Source: Octopus sinensis (Eukaryota). Taken from it: DNA of 64,000 bases. Positions 51,489 to 63,799 of the stretch are shown here, one piece after another. Below the pieces are notes generated by a model that was given only the letters and a program-made list of their open reading frames with translations, searched no databases and was not told the origin of the DNA. The translations under genes and the position numbers were made by a program. The stretch covers positions 106,888,001 through 106,952,000 of the forward strand of contig NC_043003.1 of NCBI RefSeq assembly GCF_006345805.1, in the 5' to 3' direction. The first letter of the stretch is position 1. Each line of letters begins with the position of its first letter.

Positions 51489-51876
51489 TACTCTTTTACT
51501 ATTTTACTTGGTTCAGTCATTTGACTGTGGCCATGCTGGAGCACCGCCTTTAGTCGAGCAAATCGACCCCGGGACTTATTCTTTGTAAGCCCAGTACTTA
51601 TTCTATCGGTCTCTTTTGCCGAACCGCTAAGTAACGGGGACGTAAACACACCAGCATCGGTTGTCAAGCAATGCTAGGGGGACAAACACAGACACACAAA
51701 CACACACACGCATATATATATATATACATATATATGACGGGCTTCTTTCAGTTTCCGTCTACCAAATCCACTTACAAAGGCTTTGGTCAGCCCGAGGCTA
51801 TAGTAGAAGACACTTGCCCAAGGTGCCACGCAGTGGGACTGAATCCGGAACCATGAGGTTGGTAAACAAGCTACTT
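51489..51876 (-). mobile_element. SINE family A
   Basis: Reverse copy. Confidence 0.9.
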
Positions 51877-52344
51877 GTGTCGTGTGTGAGTGTGTGTATG
51901 CATATGTATGTTTTGGTGTGTGTGTATACTATGAAGCATTAAAACAAATGAACCTTTAAATTTTTCTTTTTTTTGCTTGACATGATAGAATATTCTGGCT
52001 GCAATTCAAGATTTATTCTTTGTAAGGGGAATTGAGAGGAGAAATAAAACATCACCACTTAAGAGGTGAGAGAAAAAAAAACAAAAAAACACATCAACAT
52101 AAATCAGGTTGGATACACAAAAATGTGGCTCCAACCCATTTTTTTTTACTAAATATAGTTGTGCAACTTTTTTGCCAGAGAAAAAAACAAAAATAATTTT
52201 GAAATTGGTTTACAAGACATAAAAAATAAATAAACAAAATAAAATTTCTTCAACCTCATATTTTATAAGAGAAAATAAACTTTTTTGACAAACAGACAGA
52301 ATGATGAGTGAAAAGTTTTAGTGCTTTGTATGATAACATTAGTT

Positions 52345-52553
52345 CCAAATTCTGGCACAAGGCCAGCAATTTCTGGGGGGGGGGTAAGTCAATTACATTG
52401 ACCCCAGTGCTCAACTGGTCCTTATTTTATCGACCCTGAAAGGACGAAAGGCAAAGTTGACCATGGCAGAATTTGAACTCAGAACGTAAAGACGGATGAA
52501 ATGCCGCTAAGCATTTTAGCCAGCCATGTTAACAGTTCTGCCATTTCGCTGCC
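52345..52553 (-). mobile_element. SINE family E
   Basis: Well-preserved reverse copy. Confidence 0.85.
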
Positions 52554-52795
52554 TTATAATTTACGATATAGAATATAATACAAAGATTATCTTAACATGA
52601 AATACTGAAGCATATCACTAAGAAATAACATAAGAAATGTCTGTGATATATGACCCCCCCCACAACCCAATGCTTTTTAATGCTAAAAATTTTGCAATAA
52701 GTACAATCAAATGGTTGAAAACATGGTGACAATGGTGAATATATGTATAAGCATATAATATTGTTCGTATATATATATATATATATATATAAATA

Positions 52796-52923
52796 CAGTG
52801 TACATTTAAACACATTTCGTTCCTGTTGAATTTATCCCTAATTTTGTGGTTATAGAACCTAGCTGTTCTTTCTAGCATGTTGAATCCCATGAGTGGATTA
52901 CTTATGTGTTTAAATGTACACTG
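52796..52923. mobile_element. Tc1/mariner-type MITE
   Basis: TA|CAGTGTACATTTAAACACAT ... ATGTGTTTAAATGTACACTG|TA. Confidence 0.8.
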
Positions 52924-53014
52924 TATTTTATGACTAATACATAGTCTTTGGACTAAATTTTTACATGCTAGGCCACTGGAAGTGAAAATTTCTATAAATT
53001 TCCATTCCCCTTTG

Positions 53015-53055
<41 letters not shown>

Positions 53056-54290
53056 TATACTATATGATATTGTGTGTGTGTGTGTGCATCACAGCTGGCC
53101 AAATTAGGAGTATGTTGTTAACCAGCTGAAAAGCTAGCAATTTATATGTATCTTGTCATCAAAACTGTGTGTATGTCCCTCCATAGCAAAGACACTTGAT
53201 ATTCATTGGTTCAATCCACCAAGCAAATAAAAAAATAAAAAAGGATTCTCAGTTGGAGTGTAAATTATAATTTTCTATGGAAGGAGATAGAGAGAGAAAG
53301 ATGGTCTCTTATGAGGCTGATCTGTGGATACACTGTCACCACAAGACCTCTTGCAGTGTCCCAAGAATCTGTAGGATTGTGCAAATGTATGCATGCATGA
53401 AACTACAGCTTCCATAGCTGGAATAATTAGTAAACACTGAATATATTTCAACAAAGCTGAAACAAAAGCTGCCAAATACATTTAAGAAAGCTGAATTTCC
53501 ATGCCATTAATATAAAGTACATCATTACATGCCCAATTAAAACTCATATGTTGTTGTTCTGTGAATGTCTTTCTCTGTTTGTAATCCTATTGACAACGTG
53601 GCCAGCTCTCGAATAATCTGCAGTGAAGCAAGCATCTCGGGTCATTCAGATATATTCAATGTAACACATCTGTCTACATTGCTACAATAGTTTGTGTTAG
53701 GATGATAACCCTGTGTGTGTGGGGAAAACACCAAGTAAAACAATACTGAGGAAAACATCACAAAATACACCAACAGTGATGGTACAGGCCATGCTGGGGC
53801 TGCAAGCATTAGTGATCAAGACGTGGAAGGGTGCTGCTATGTTGCAAACCCAACAGTAAAAAATGATACAAAACAAATGAAGTTGGTGATGATGATGAAC
53901 AAAGGGATTAGAAGCCATACTTTCCGTGTTGCCTGCATTACACGGGAATATCTCACAAATGTATTTCATCCAAAACTTAAACAGCTTGGAGTCTTCTTTG
54001 CTTTCATTCTATCATCTTGTCCATGCCAGAAACACAAGTCCCCCCCACAAATGAAGTGTTGTAATGTAAGGAGGGCATAATGCATGCAAGTCCATAAGTG
54101 AATAATGAATATAATATGTGACACACACATACATATATATATATATATAATCAAAAATAAGCAACAAGAATGGATCCTGCTTATTTTTTATTATAATCAC
54201 CCCACATTTTTTATGGTTAATACCATAAAAAATTCTGGTGCATCTAAATTAAGTACCATATTCATTTGAATCTAAATTGTTTGCTGAACT

Positions 54291-54338
<48 letters not shown>

Positions 54339-54401
54339 GAGAGAGAGAGAGAGAGATATGAGAAGGATGAGGACAGTGAATTTGAATTTCAGCATGCTAA
54401 C

Positions 54402-54460
54402 CTTTGCTGGAAAGTCCAAAGAAGACCAGCAGGTCAAATCTTCAAAGTCACCTCCACTTT
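54402..54460 (-). CDS. Candidate internal exon of an unidentified gene (xSGGDFEDLTCWSSLDFPAK)
   Basis: Acceptor AACTCTTACAG, donor AAG|GTTAGC, and one open frame in unique sequence; no homology recognised. Confidence 0.3.
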
Positions 54461-54538
54461 CTGTAAGAGTTTAAACTTATACTCTACAAAAAAAATATTG
54501 AATAATTCTTCAGTTTAATGTTAAATTGTTTTTATATA

Positions 54539-54775
54539 CAGGGTGTTCAAAAAGTTTCTCCACAGTGGATTTTTTTTATCTTGCTCATCACCATGGTGCA
54601 ACTTCAAGGGTTTTTCAGTGAACGGATTATTTCGACGGGACTTTGGTCACCAAGATCACCAGATTTAACACTGCCAGACTTTTTTTGTCAGGGGAGCAAG
54701 TAAAGGATCAGTGTACAAGAATCACCCAAAAATAGCATTAAATATTTACTGCGGAGAGACTTTTTGAACACCCTG
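54539..54775 (+). mobile_element. Internally deleted Tc1/mariner-superfamily element
   Basis: TA TSD, TIRs CAGGGTGTTCAAAAAGT.. / ..ACTTTTTGAACACCCTG, and transposase remnant LWSPRSPDLTLPDFF..KDQVYKNHP. Confidence 0.9.
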
Positions 54776-54837
54776 TATAATTTGGCATAAAAACATTTAT
54801 ATATATATATCATATATATATATATATATCATATATC

Positions 54838-54872
<35 letters not shown>

Positions 54873-54949
54873 TATATACCGGAGTAAACACATAAATGTG
54901 AAACAAGGTGGAAAAAAGAGTACTCAAATACCAGTGGTAGAGTAATATG

Positions 54950-55104
54950 CTTTATTTAAAGCAGCAGAAAATTCAACAAAACCTGTTACTCTGAGTTTCC
55001 TGTTGCCGTTCATCGACAGTTTTGCTAGAAAAAACTGTCCGAGAACGGCAACGGGAAACTCAGAGTAACAGGTTTTGTTGAATTTTCTGCTGCTTTAAAT
55101 AAAG
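54950..55104. repeat. Foldback with ~74-bp arms of a Penelope-type terminal repeat carrying a degenerate hammerhead-like motif
   Basis: Arms 54950-55023 and 55031-55104; each reads CUGU-C(C)GA(U)GA..GAAAC-UCAGA-GUA-ACAG. A sibling lies at ~62495-62580. Confidence 0.7.
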
Positions 55105-55112
55105 TATATCAT

Positions 55113-55157
<45 letters not shown>

Positions 55158-55639
55158 CATTAAATCTATTTATTTAACTCATTCATACACCTGTGTATTT
55201 GTGCTTATTTGTAAATAATTTCTGTCAACTGGAAGATTTTTACATGTTGAAGCCAATTTTTATTGGGGTGGTGGGGGAGTGAATGTGTGAGTGGAGGAGG
55301 TATGGGTGGACGAGAGAAATAATGAATAAATTAACAATAAAAAGAAATTATATGATGAAATATGAATAAATCATAAGGCATTTTTAAAATTGTTGGCAAG
55401 GATTGAGTAAAATGGGAAAGGAGAGTAAAGTTAGTGAAGCCCACCCACCAATAACTGCAACAGCAATAATAATAATAACGTTCAAATTGCCAGAAATCAT
55501 ATAGTTTAAACCCTCTGTCTAGGCTTGGAAAGAGACAAAAAAGATTTAAAAAATCATAACTATAATCAGACTAGAAACAAAATAATTACCATTCTTTGCT
55601 AAATATTTCTGATAAATTATTTGATCAATATCCTTATTA

Positions 55640-55947
55640 TAATGGGGATATATACACACATATAGACATATATATATACACATATATATATATACATATA
55701 TATATACATATATACATACATATACATATATATAAATACATATATATATATATATATATATACATATATTATATATATATATACATATATATACATATAT
55801 ATATACATATATACATACACATATATATATATATATACATACATATATATATATACATATATATATATACATATATATATATATACATATATATACATAT
55901 ACATACATATATATACATACACACATATATATATATATACATACATA

Positions 55948-55979
<32 letters not shown>

Positions 55980-56020
55980 CATATATATATACACATATAC
56001 ATATATATACATATATATAC

Positions 56021-56056
<36 letters not shown>

Positions 56057-56065
56057 ATACATACA

Positions 56066-56097
<32 letters not shown>

Positions 56098-56170
56098 CAT
56101 ACACACATATATATATATATATATATACATACACACATATATATACGCATATACATACATACATATATAT
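55640..56170. repeat. (TA)/(TACA) microsatellite
   Basis: Direct inspection. Confidence 0.95.
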
Positions 56171-56837
56171 ACAACCAAACACCAAATGTAGGAATAATTG
56201 GTTGGTTCCTGCTACTACACAGCCAGCTTTACTTTCATCCTCTCTCTCTCTCTCTCTGTCCCCATCCCTCACCTCCCTACCATTTACATCCTCTCTCTCC
56301 AACTCCTAGTCCTATTCACTTCTTTCTTGCTTCCACTGGTCATTTCTCTACCTCATTACTCTGACAAACCACTTGTCTCCAACCATTTAGAATTCTTCAC
56401 TCTGCATGGCAACCAAACTTACAAATCACTGAGGTTTACTTATCCTCTACACGTCACCTATTTCTCCCATCTTTCTAAAAAGGGAGCTCAGAGTACAGAC
56501 ACTCTTGGGAAAAGTATAATGGAGCGACTCAATACCAATCATTACTTAAAAAGCACTTTATTTTACTGTCCCTGGGGAGATGATATGCAAAGCTGACTGT
56601 GGCAGGATTTGAACTCAGATCGTAACTAAATACCACATGATGTTTTATGTAATGCCTTAACATCTTAAACAGGGAAACAACACACTAGAAAATGAACTTT
56701 CAGACAGTCATAAAAGGTGGGCTGGTCTTGGCTGGATTGTCTTTAAGCATTTAAACTGACCAAATATTCTACCTCTTTTATTATGTTCCTGCCAGCCAGA
56801 ACCAGCCTCTCACACCTACCCTGCAATGTCATTTTAA

Positions 56838-57056
56838 CCCTTTAGTGTTCTGATTATTCTATCAAACATAATGCTTATTGATTCCCATTGATTTGAATTA
56901 ATCATGCATTATCTCATATCTTCAAGATCTTGATGGTGTAATTACCTAATGTAGAATGACATTGTAGGGTAGGTGTGAGAGCCTGGATCTGGTCAGTTTG
57001 AACATAAAACAGATTAAATATTTTGGCTGGATATGGCCGGTTTAAATACTAAAGGG
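56838..57056 (+). mobile_element. piggyBac-type MITE, family 1
   Basis: TTAA|CCCTTTAG...CTAAAGGG|TTAA. A partial inverted copy abuts it at ~56715-56835, and a partial copy lies at ~18335-18481. Confidence 0.8.
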
Positions 57057-57663
57057 TTAAAGATGAGCAATCTATATACATATATGTATATACATCTATA
57101 TGTATATAAATCTATGTATATATGTATATACATCTATATGTATATAAATCTATGCAGGATTAATACAAAACAAGAGCCTGGATAAATAAGCATCACACTT
57201 GAAAGAGGGATCGGAACGTTGAAGGGTTAATCTTCGGCAGATCTACTCAATTAGTATTTGCAGCAAGGTCAGCAAGAATATGAAAGAGAAGCATCAACGG
57301 CCAGCATTAAACCAACTTGGCTTTTACAAGTGTAACGATTATTCTAAGAAGCTTAGTTTTGATAAAGAGATTAATAAACATATCGAATGACCTGACGTAT
57401 AAGATATAGTGCGAAGGATGGAGGGTGGGGTCGGTTAAGCAGGCCGGTCTCCTGGGGAGAGGGGGTCGGTTAACAATGGGAAGAAGGGAGGGAGGTGCAT
57501 CACCATTCACCAAAGGATTTATGAAATTCACCCTGAGAGTTTTAACAATGGTTTAGATGATGTGAGTGTGTGTGTTTCATGCATGTCCATATTTTATTTT
57601 TTTAATTTGTTTTTGAGAGAAAGTGGTCAATTGGTTCACAAGTAAAGAAATAAAAATGTCTTG

Positions 57664-57992
57664 TGGTGTGGCTGTGTGGTAAGTTTACTTCCCAACCACA
57701 TGGCTCCCAACTTAGGCAAGTGTTTCTGCTATAGCCTTGTGAATGGATTTGGTTGACAGAAACCGAAAGAAGCCTGTTGTGTATACATACATGTGTGTGT
57801 GTGTGTGTACATGCACGTGGATGTGTTTGACCTCCAGCATCTTTTGACAACTGGTGTTTATGTGTCTATAACTTAGCAGTCCAGCAAAAGTGACTAATAA
57901 AATAAGTACCAGGCTTAAGCATAAAAAAGTCCTAAAATTCTTCAAGGTGGTGCCCCAGCATGGCCATAGTTTAATAACTGAAACAAGTAAAG
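57664..57992 (+). mobile_element. SINE family A, diverged
   Basis: Head and tail motifs. Confidence 0.7.
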
Positions 57993-58172
57993 GAATATAT
58001 ACCAACAAATAAATACGTGATTTAAACCGCATCATCCTCAGGGATGTTTCACAAAATATCCTCATTGATGCAAAAATGAAATTTTCATAATCTCACACGA
58101 AGAGTAGACAGTACAAGGAACTGGACAATAATTTCTGTTTTACTTGGAATCTAATAAAGAGAACAGCATTAA

Positions 58173-58383
58173 CCCTTTTCGTTACCATATTTCTCTTAAG
58201 ATGTTCTCTGTTTCTATCAATTAATTTTAAATATAACAAAGAATTTAGTAAAATAACTTAGTTATCATTCAGCTAGTATTAGGAACATAAGTTTGGTGGA
58301 AGATTTTAATTCAAAACTTATGAAAACAAGACATTTGTATTACAGAGCCAGAGGTGGTTTCAGCCAGGTTGGTAGCAAAAGGG
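58173..58383 (+). mobile_element. piggyBac-type MITE, family 2, copy 1
   Basis: TTAA|CCCTTTT...AAAAGGG|TTAA. Confidence 0.8.
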
Positions 58384-58403
58384 TTAAATTAATCATTTGT
58401 TAA

Positions 58404-58625
58404 CCCTTTTGTTACCATATTTCTCTTAAGATGCTCTCTGTTTCTTTCAATTAATTTTAAATATAACAAAGAATTTAGTAAAATAACTTAGTTATCATTC
58501 AGCTAGTGTTAAGAACATAAATTGTGACTAAGGTTTGGTGGAAGATTTTAATTCAGGACTTATGAAAACAAGACATTTGTACTACAGAAGCTGAGGTGGT
58601 TTCAGCCAGGTTGGTAATGAAAGGG
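58404..58625 (+). mobile_element. piggyBac-type MITE, family 2, copy 2
   Basis: TTAA|CCCTTTT...GAAAGGG|TTAA; near-identical to copy 1 with an extra ~13 bp. Confidence 0.8.
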
Positions 58626-59613
58626 TTAAGTCTCAGCCACTGATTCTTAACAATATATGATTGATATATTTAGATGTAGGTGGGGGCTATGGTGTAGGAA
58701 GACTGCTTCCCAAGCACATGCTTTTAGGCACCCTGGACAAGTGGCACCTTTGGGACAAGTAGCACCTTGGGGGCAAGTGTCTTCTACAATAGCCCTGGGC
58801 TGACTAAAGTCTTGTGAGGGGATTCAGTAGCTAGAAACTGAAACAAGCCTGTCATGTGTGTTTTCTTGCCTTGATATTAAGTGACAGTTGTAAATGAGTG
58901 TCACCATGTTAAGAGGTGTTCGTTTCTACTCTTCTGGTCATAGTGTTGGCAACTGGAAGGGCATCCAGTTGCAGAAAATCCACCTCAATAAATTCCAACT
59001 GACCAATGCAAGCATGGAAAGGTGGACACTAAATGACAATGATGAGAATGAGATTGTACCCTATTGGTGAAATATAATCGAATGATATTTCATAAGACAG
59101 AAAGCAGTCTTTAGTCAAGGCAGACAAACGTTTTAGTATCAGTGACTTGATAAGCAGGACAGAGTTCATGGTGGTAAATGGCTGGTAAGAATGACATCTA
59201 GCTATAAAAAAACATGCCCCCTGACCCCCCCATAAGAAAAGCAGTGAGCTGTCAGAATTGTTAGCAGGTCAGGCAAAACGCTTAATGGTATGTTATCCAG
59301 CTCTTTACATTTTGAGTTCAAGTTTTGCCAAGGTCGACTTTGCCCTCCATTGTTTTAGCTGTCAGTAAAATATAACATCAAATACCGAGGTCAATGCAAC
59401 CAACTTCCCCCCTCCCCTCAAAATTGCTGTCCTTGACTAATGCAACAGGGGAAATGTTGTGATCTCACTTATATGCCATATAGACTGAGTAAGCAGTCTT
59501 AGGGGTCCTAAGGCTGAAGAAAAAAAAAAAAAGAATGAAAGCAGGAGAGATGGACTTAATAAGCTGTAGCACATGCAACCCTTGATGAGAAAGTGTTTTG
59601 AGTTGTGAATTAG

Positions 59614-59655
<42 letters not shown>

Positions 59656-60061
59656 CAGGGTAGCAGGAAGTGTTTAGTGCAACTGCAGATGACCTCTCAT
59701 GTAGCAGTGCTGCAACAAAATGCATCCAGTCCATAGTTTGAAGTGGTCAGTGATAGGAGGAATGGCATCAAAGTGTGGAAACCATGCTAAAAGCGTACAC
59801 AACAACGATTGGCAGTTTTCTCTATTGTGCTTAGATGAGAAATGACTGAGGTATTTTGAGATCCATGAAACCCATGGTAGCACAACAAAACAGAGAACAA
59901 AATCAAAAGGATGATGGTAAGAGTTGGAGGAAAAACCAGGAGTTTTGTACTTTATTTATTCGGACAGTTCGCATAAAAACTGGCAGAGAATTTAAGAACG
60001 AATGACACCTTTACTTTCTGTATATCATATTGCTATGACATTAAATGGATAAATTATTGGA

Positions 60062-60447
60062 TTCTTTTTATTCTTTCTTTTATTCTTTTACTTGTTTCAG
60101 TTATTTGACTGCGGCCATGCTGGAGCACCGCCTTTAGTCGAGCAAATCAACCCTGGGACTTAATCTTTGTAAGCCCAGTACTTATTCTTTCGGTCTCTTT
60201 TGCTGAACCGCTAAGTGACGGGGACTTAAACACACCAGCATCGGTTGTCAAGCAATGCTAGGGGGACAAGCACAGACATACACACACATATATACATATA
60301 TATGACAAGCTGCTTTCAGTTTCCGTCTACCAAATCCACTCACAAGGCATTGGTCGGCCCGGGGCTATGGCAGAAGACACTTGCCCAAGATGCCACTTGT
60401 CCAGGGTGCCTAAAAGCATGTGCTTGGGAAGCAATCTTCCTACACCA
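60062..60447 (-). mobile_element. SINE family A
   Basis: Reverse copy. Confidence 0.85.
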
Positions 60448-61101
60448 TGTGGTTCAGTGGTTGGAGTATTCCACTCACAATTGCAAGACCATGGTTTCAA
60501 TTCATGGACCAGGAGGTGTGTTATGCTCTCCAGCAAAACACCTCATCTCACAATGCTCTGCAATAACTTGGACATCTGGCGTATGGCACACCGTGCACCT
60601 TTTCATGCAACATCAGTTTGGTGGAGGGGATGAGCTAATGTGCAGCACAAACATTTCATCATGATATATAAATCATTTATGCAGGTTAAACAGCAAGAAA
60701 TCAGAGAACCCTTACCTGTCGTTTACGACAGGTGAGTCCAACATACACCTGTACCTAACGGATATGATTCCATTATATCCATTAGGTAGAGATATGATGG
60801 AATTTAAGAATATTGCCGGTGAGAGACTCATATTCTATCCAGAAGCAAATTTATCATCCATAGGTTCAACAATATTGAGTCTGGAGCTAAACTGAATGAA
60901 GAAGGAACCTAAACCGTGTTGTTATAAAAGTCCATGGCCACCATAATTTATGGAGAGATTAAATGATGTGTAAGAATTAACCAAAAAGGGGGACAAGTGT
61001 GAGAAGGAATTAATGGGGAATCTCAAAATCTAACACTTTCAAAATTGTTCTGTCTGTCTTTCTTGACAGGTAAAACTAAACTAACACTTTAAAGGATTTA
61101 A

Positions 61102-61321
61102 CCCTTTAGCATTTAAACCGGCCACATCCGGCCCAAATTTTCTACTTCTTTTATGTTCAAACCATCCGGATCTGGCCTCTCACTCATATCCTACAATGAC
61201 ATCTTCAAAATAAACCATCCCATCATCAAATTCTCAGAGCTACAAGATAATACAATATTAATTCAAAACAATGTGAATGAAGAAGCATTATATTTGACAG
61301 AATAATCTGAATGCTAAAGGG
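61102..61321 (-). mobile_element. piggyBac-type MITE, family 1
   Basis: TTAA|CCCTTTAG...CTAAAGGG|TTAA; interior is the reverse complement of 56838-57056. Confidence 0.8.
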
Positions 61322-61551
61322 TTAAGGATGGAAGAGGATCATAAGCAAGTAATAGTTTGACATGGGACCAGCGCCAGAAATTTATAAGAGAGTGGTCAAC
61401 CAAATGAACCCCCAGTTCATCACTGGTATCTGTCATGAAAGGCAAAAGTTAACCCTGGTAAAGTTTAGACTCAGAACATAGGAAGTCAGAACTAACTATA
61501 GACAATCATTTAGTCAAATGCCCTACTATTTCCGATGTACTCACTTGAAGT

Positions 61552-61908
61552 GGCAGTGTGGTGGGAAGTTTACGTCCTGACCTAATAGGTTCTGGATTCA
61601 ATACCAATGTGTGCACCTTGGGCAAGTGTCTTCTACTATAGCCTTGAGTTGACCAAAGCCTTGCAAGTGGATTTGGAAGATAGAAACTGAAAGAAGCCTA
61701 TCATATATGTACGTGTGTGTGTGTGTGTGTGTCCCTACCACTGGAGTTGGTTTGTTTACACTCCCATAACTTAGCAGTTCAACAAAATAGACCTATACAA
61801 TAAGTATTAGGCTTTAAAAAAAGTCCTGGGGTTCAATTCATTTGACTAAAATTCATCAAGGCTGTGCCCCAGCATGGCCACAGTCTAATGACTGAAACAA
61901 GTAAAAGA
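61552..61908 (+). mobile_element. SINE family A, diverged
   Basis: Head, core and tail motifs. Confidence 0.75.
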
Positions 61909-61989
61909 TATATTTCTATGAAATTCGACAAATATAATGGCTTTAAGTTAACAACAAGAAAAGCAAATGCTAAACCCGGTTCTATCTAA

Positions 61990-62390
61990 TTCTAAGAAAT
62001 CTTCACTTAATGTTGGATGGTATTCCATTGCTGGAAATGATAGTTCTTTTTTGGAAATAAAATGGAATTATGACAGAATATTTCTTTTGTAAACTTCAAA
62101 GCCAGCATGAAAACAAAGCTAACCATAAAATAATCCATATCAGGAAAATGAAGAGAGATTAATGGTCTTTCAGAACAACTTCTTGGATAATCAAAATGAA
62201 TGAGAGAATACTAAAACGGTATGGAACTCCTCGTGTTTCTTGTCATAAATTCTTAACACAATAGCAATGTAAAAGGACAAAATGTTGCCAAACGAAATGG
62301 TTTTCAAGAATACCATCAAAGAATCAAAAAATTTCAAGAGTTGAGAAATCTATAGAGAACATTCAGGAATTTTATGATGAAACAAACTGC
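61990..62390 (+). mobile_element. Possible L1/Tx1-type LINE remnant, very decayed
   Basis: Faint peptides YDRIFLL and FQNNFLDNQ resemble the post-APE region; many stops. Confidence 0.3.
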
Positions 62391-62447
62391 AACAGAATAT
62401 ATTTATGTATATATATATATACATACACACATATATATATACACGTA

Positions 62448-62492
<45 letters not shown>

Positions 62493-62575
62493 ATACTTTA
62501 TTTAAAAGCAGCATAAATATCACAAAAACTGTTACTCAGAGTTTCACGTTCCTGTCCGATGGACAGTTTTGTTAG

Positions 62576-62629
<54 letters not shown>

Positions 62630-62762
62630 TATACATACATACATATATATACATATATATATATAACGGGAAGGTTTACGAAAATAAACAAAAGACAAAG
62701 GCAGGTGGAGTACAAACAAACAATTGTATTAGTATAGCGCTCAGGAATAGAAATAGAAAAAG

Positions 62763-62800
62763 TCTTTTACGTTTCAAGCCTACGCTCTTCGACAGAAAGA
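62763..62800 (-). ncRNA. Hammerhead-like motif with CUGUCGA core
   Basis: Minus strand: UCUUU-CUGUCGA-A-GAGC(GUAG)GCUU-GAAAC-GUA-AAAGA. A decayed sibling lies at ~9105-9145. Confidence 0.5.
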
Positions 62801-62944
62801 TACACAGAAAAAAACAAGGAGAGAAAAATGCGTGTAGGAGCTAACGATCTATCGTGGCGTCCTGACAGTGGTCAGACGAGAGAATAGTAGGGGAGATAAC
62901 AGGGTCAAGTGACTTCCAAAACGAAGGTGCCCTCAATACAAAGG

Positions 62945-63178
62945 TGCATGTGTGTATAAGAGAGTATGTATGTGTGTGTGAAAGAGCGTATGTGTATAAG
63001 AGTATGTATGTGTATGTGAAAGAGGGCTGGTGGTCTGGACGTGTGTGTGTATGTATGTGTGGGTTTTGTGATGTGATATGTGTATGTATGTGTAAAGATG
63101 TGGGGATGGGTGTGCTGGAGGGAGGAGAGGAGAAGGGATATATACATACATACACATATATATATACAGACATATGTA

Positions 63179-63214
<36 letters not shown>

Positions 63215-63271
63215 CACATATGTGTATATATATATACACATGTATATATATACATATGTATATATATACAT

Positions 63272-63302
<31 letters not shown>

Positions 63303-63579
63303 CATACATACACACACATATATATATACATACACACACACACATATATATACATACATACACACACATATATATACATACATACACACACACATATATA
63401 TATACATACACACATACACACGCATATATATACATACACACATACACACGCATATATATACATACACACATACACACGCATATATATACATACACACATA
63501 CACACGCATATATATACATACACACATATATATACATACACATATATATATATATATATACATACAGACACACACACAT

Positions 63580-63622
<43 letters not shown>

Positions 63623-63670
63623 TATGCATACATACATATATACATATATATACATATACATACATATATA
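62945..63670. repeat. TG-rich then TA/CA-rich microsatellite
   Basis: Direct inspection. Confidence 0.95.
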
Positions 63671-63699
63671 TAGTGGAAGTTACTTATTATAATCATGAA

Positions 63700-63799
63700 T
63701 ATTGTTATCAAAATTTGGGGGTCCAAACAGCTTCAGCTTAATGTTATCATTGTCCAAAAGGCTTTGTCTCGAAGTGATTACAATATGCAGCTTCTACTG
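63700..63799 (-). mobile_element. Possible pogo/Tigger-like transposon end
   Basis: Minus strand TA|CAGTAGAAGCTG...TGATAACATTAAG. Confidence 0.35.

Noticed and set aside
53697-54080. Overlapping 85-90 aa ORFs on both strands
   Set aside because: No domain similarity or consistent splice signals; equally compatible with UTR or intron sequence.
336-63741. Dozens of long ORFs rich in Y/I/C/V/M/H/T
   Set aside because: They are translations of (TA)n, (TG)n, (CA)n and (TGTA)n microsatellites, which lack stop codons in some frames.
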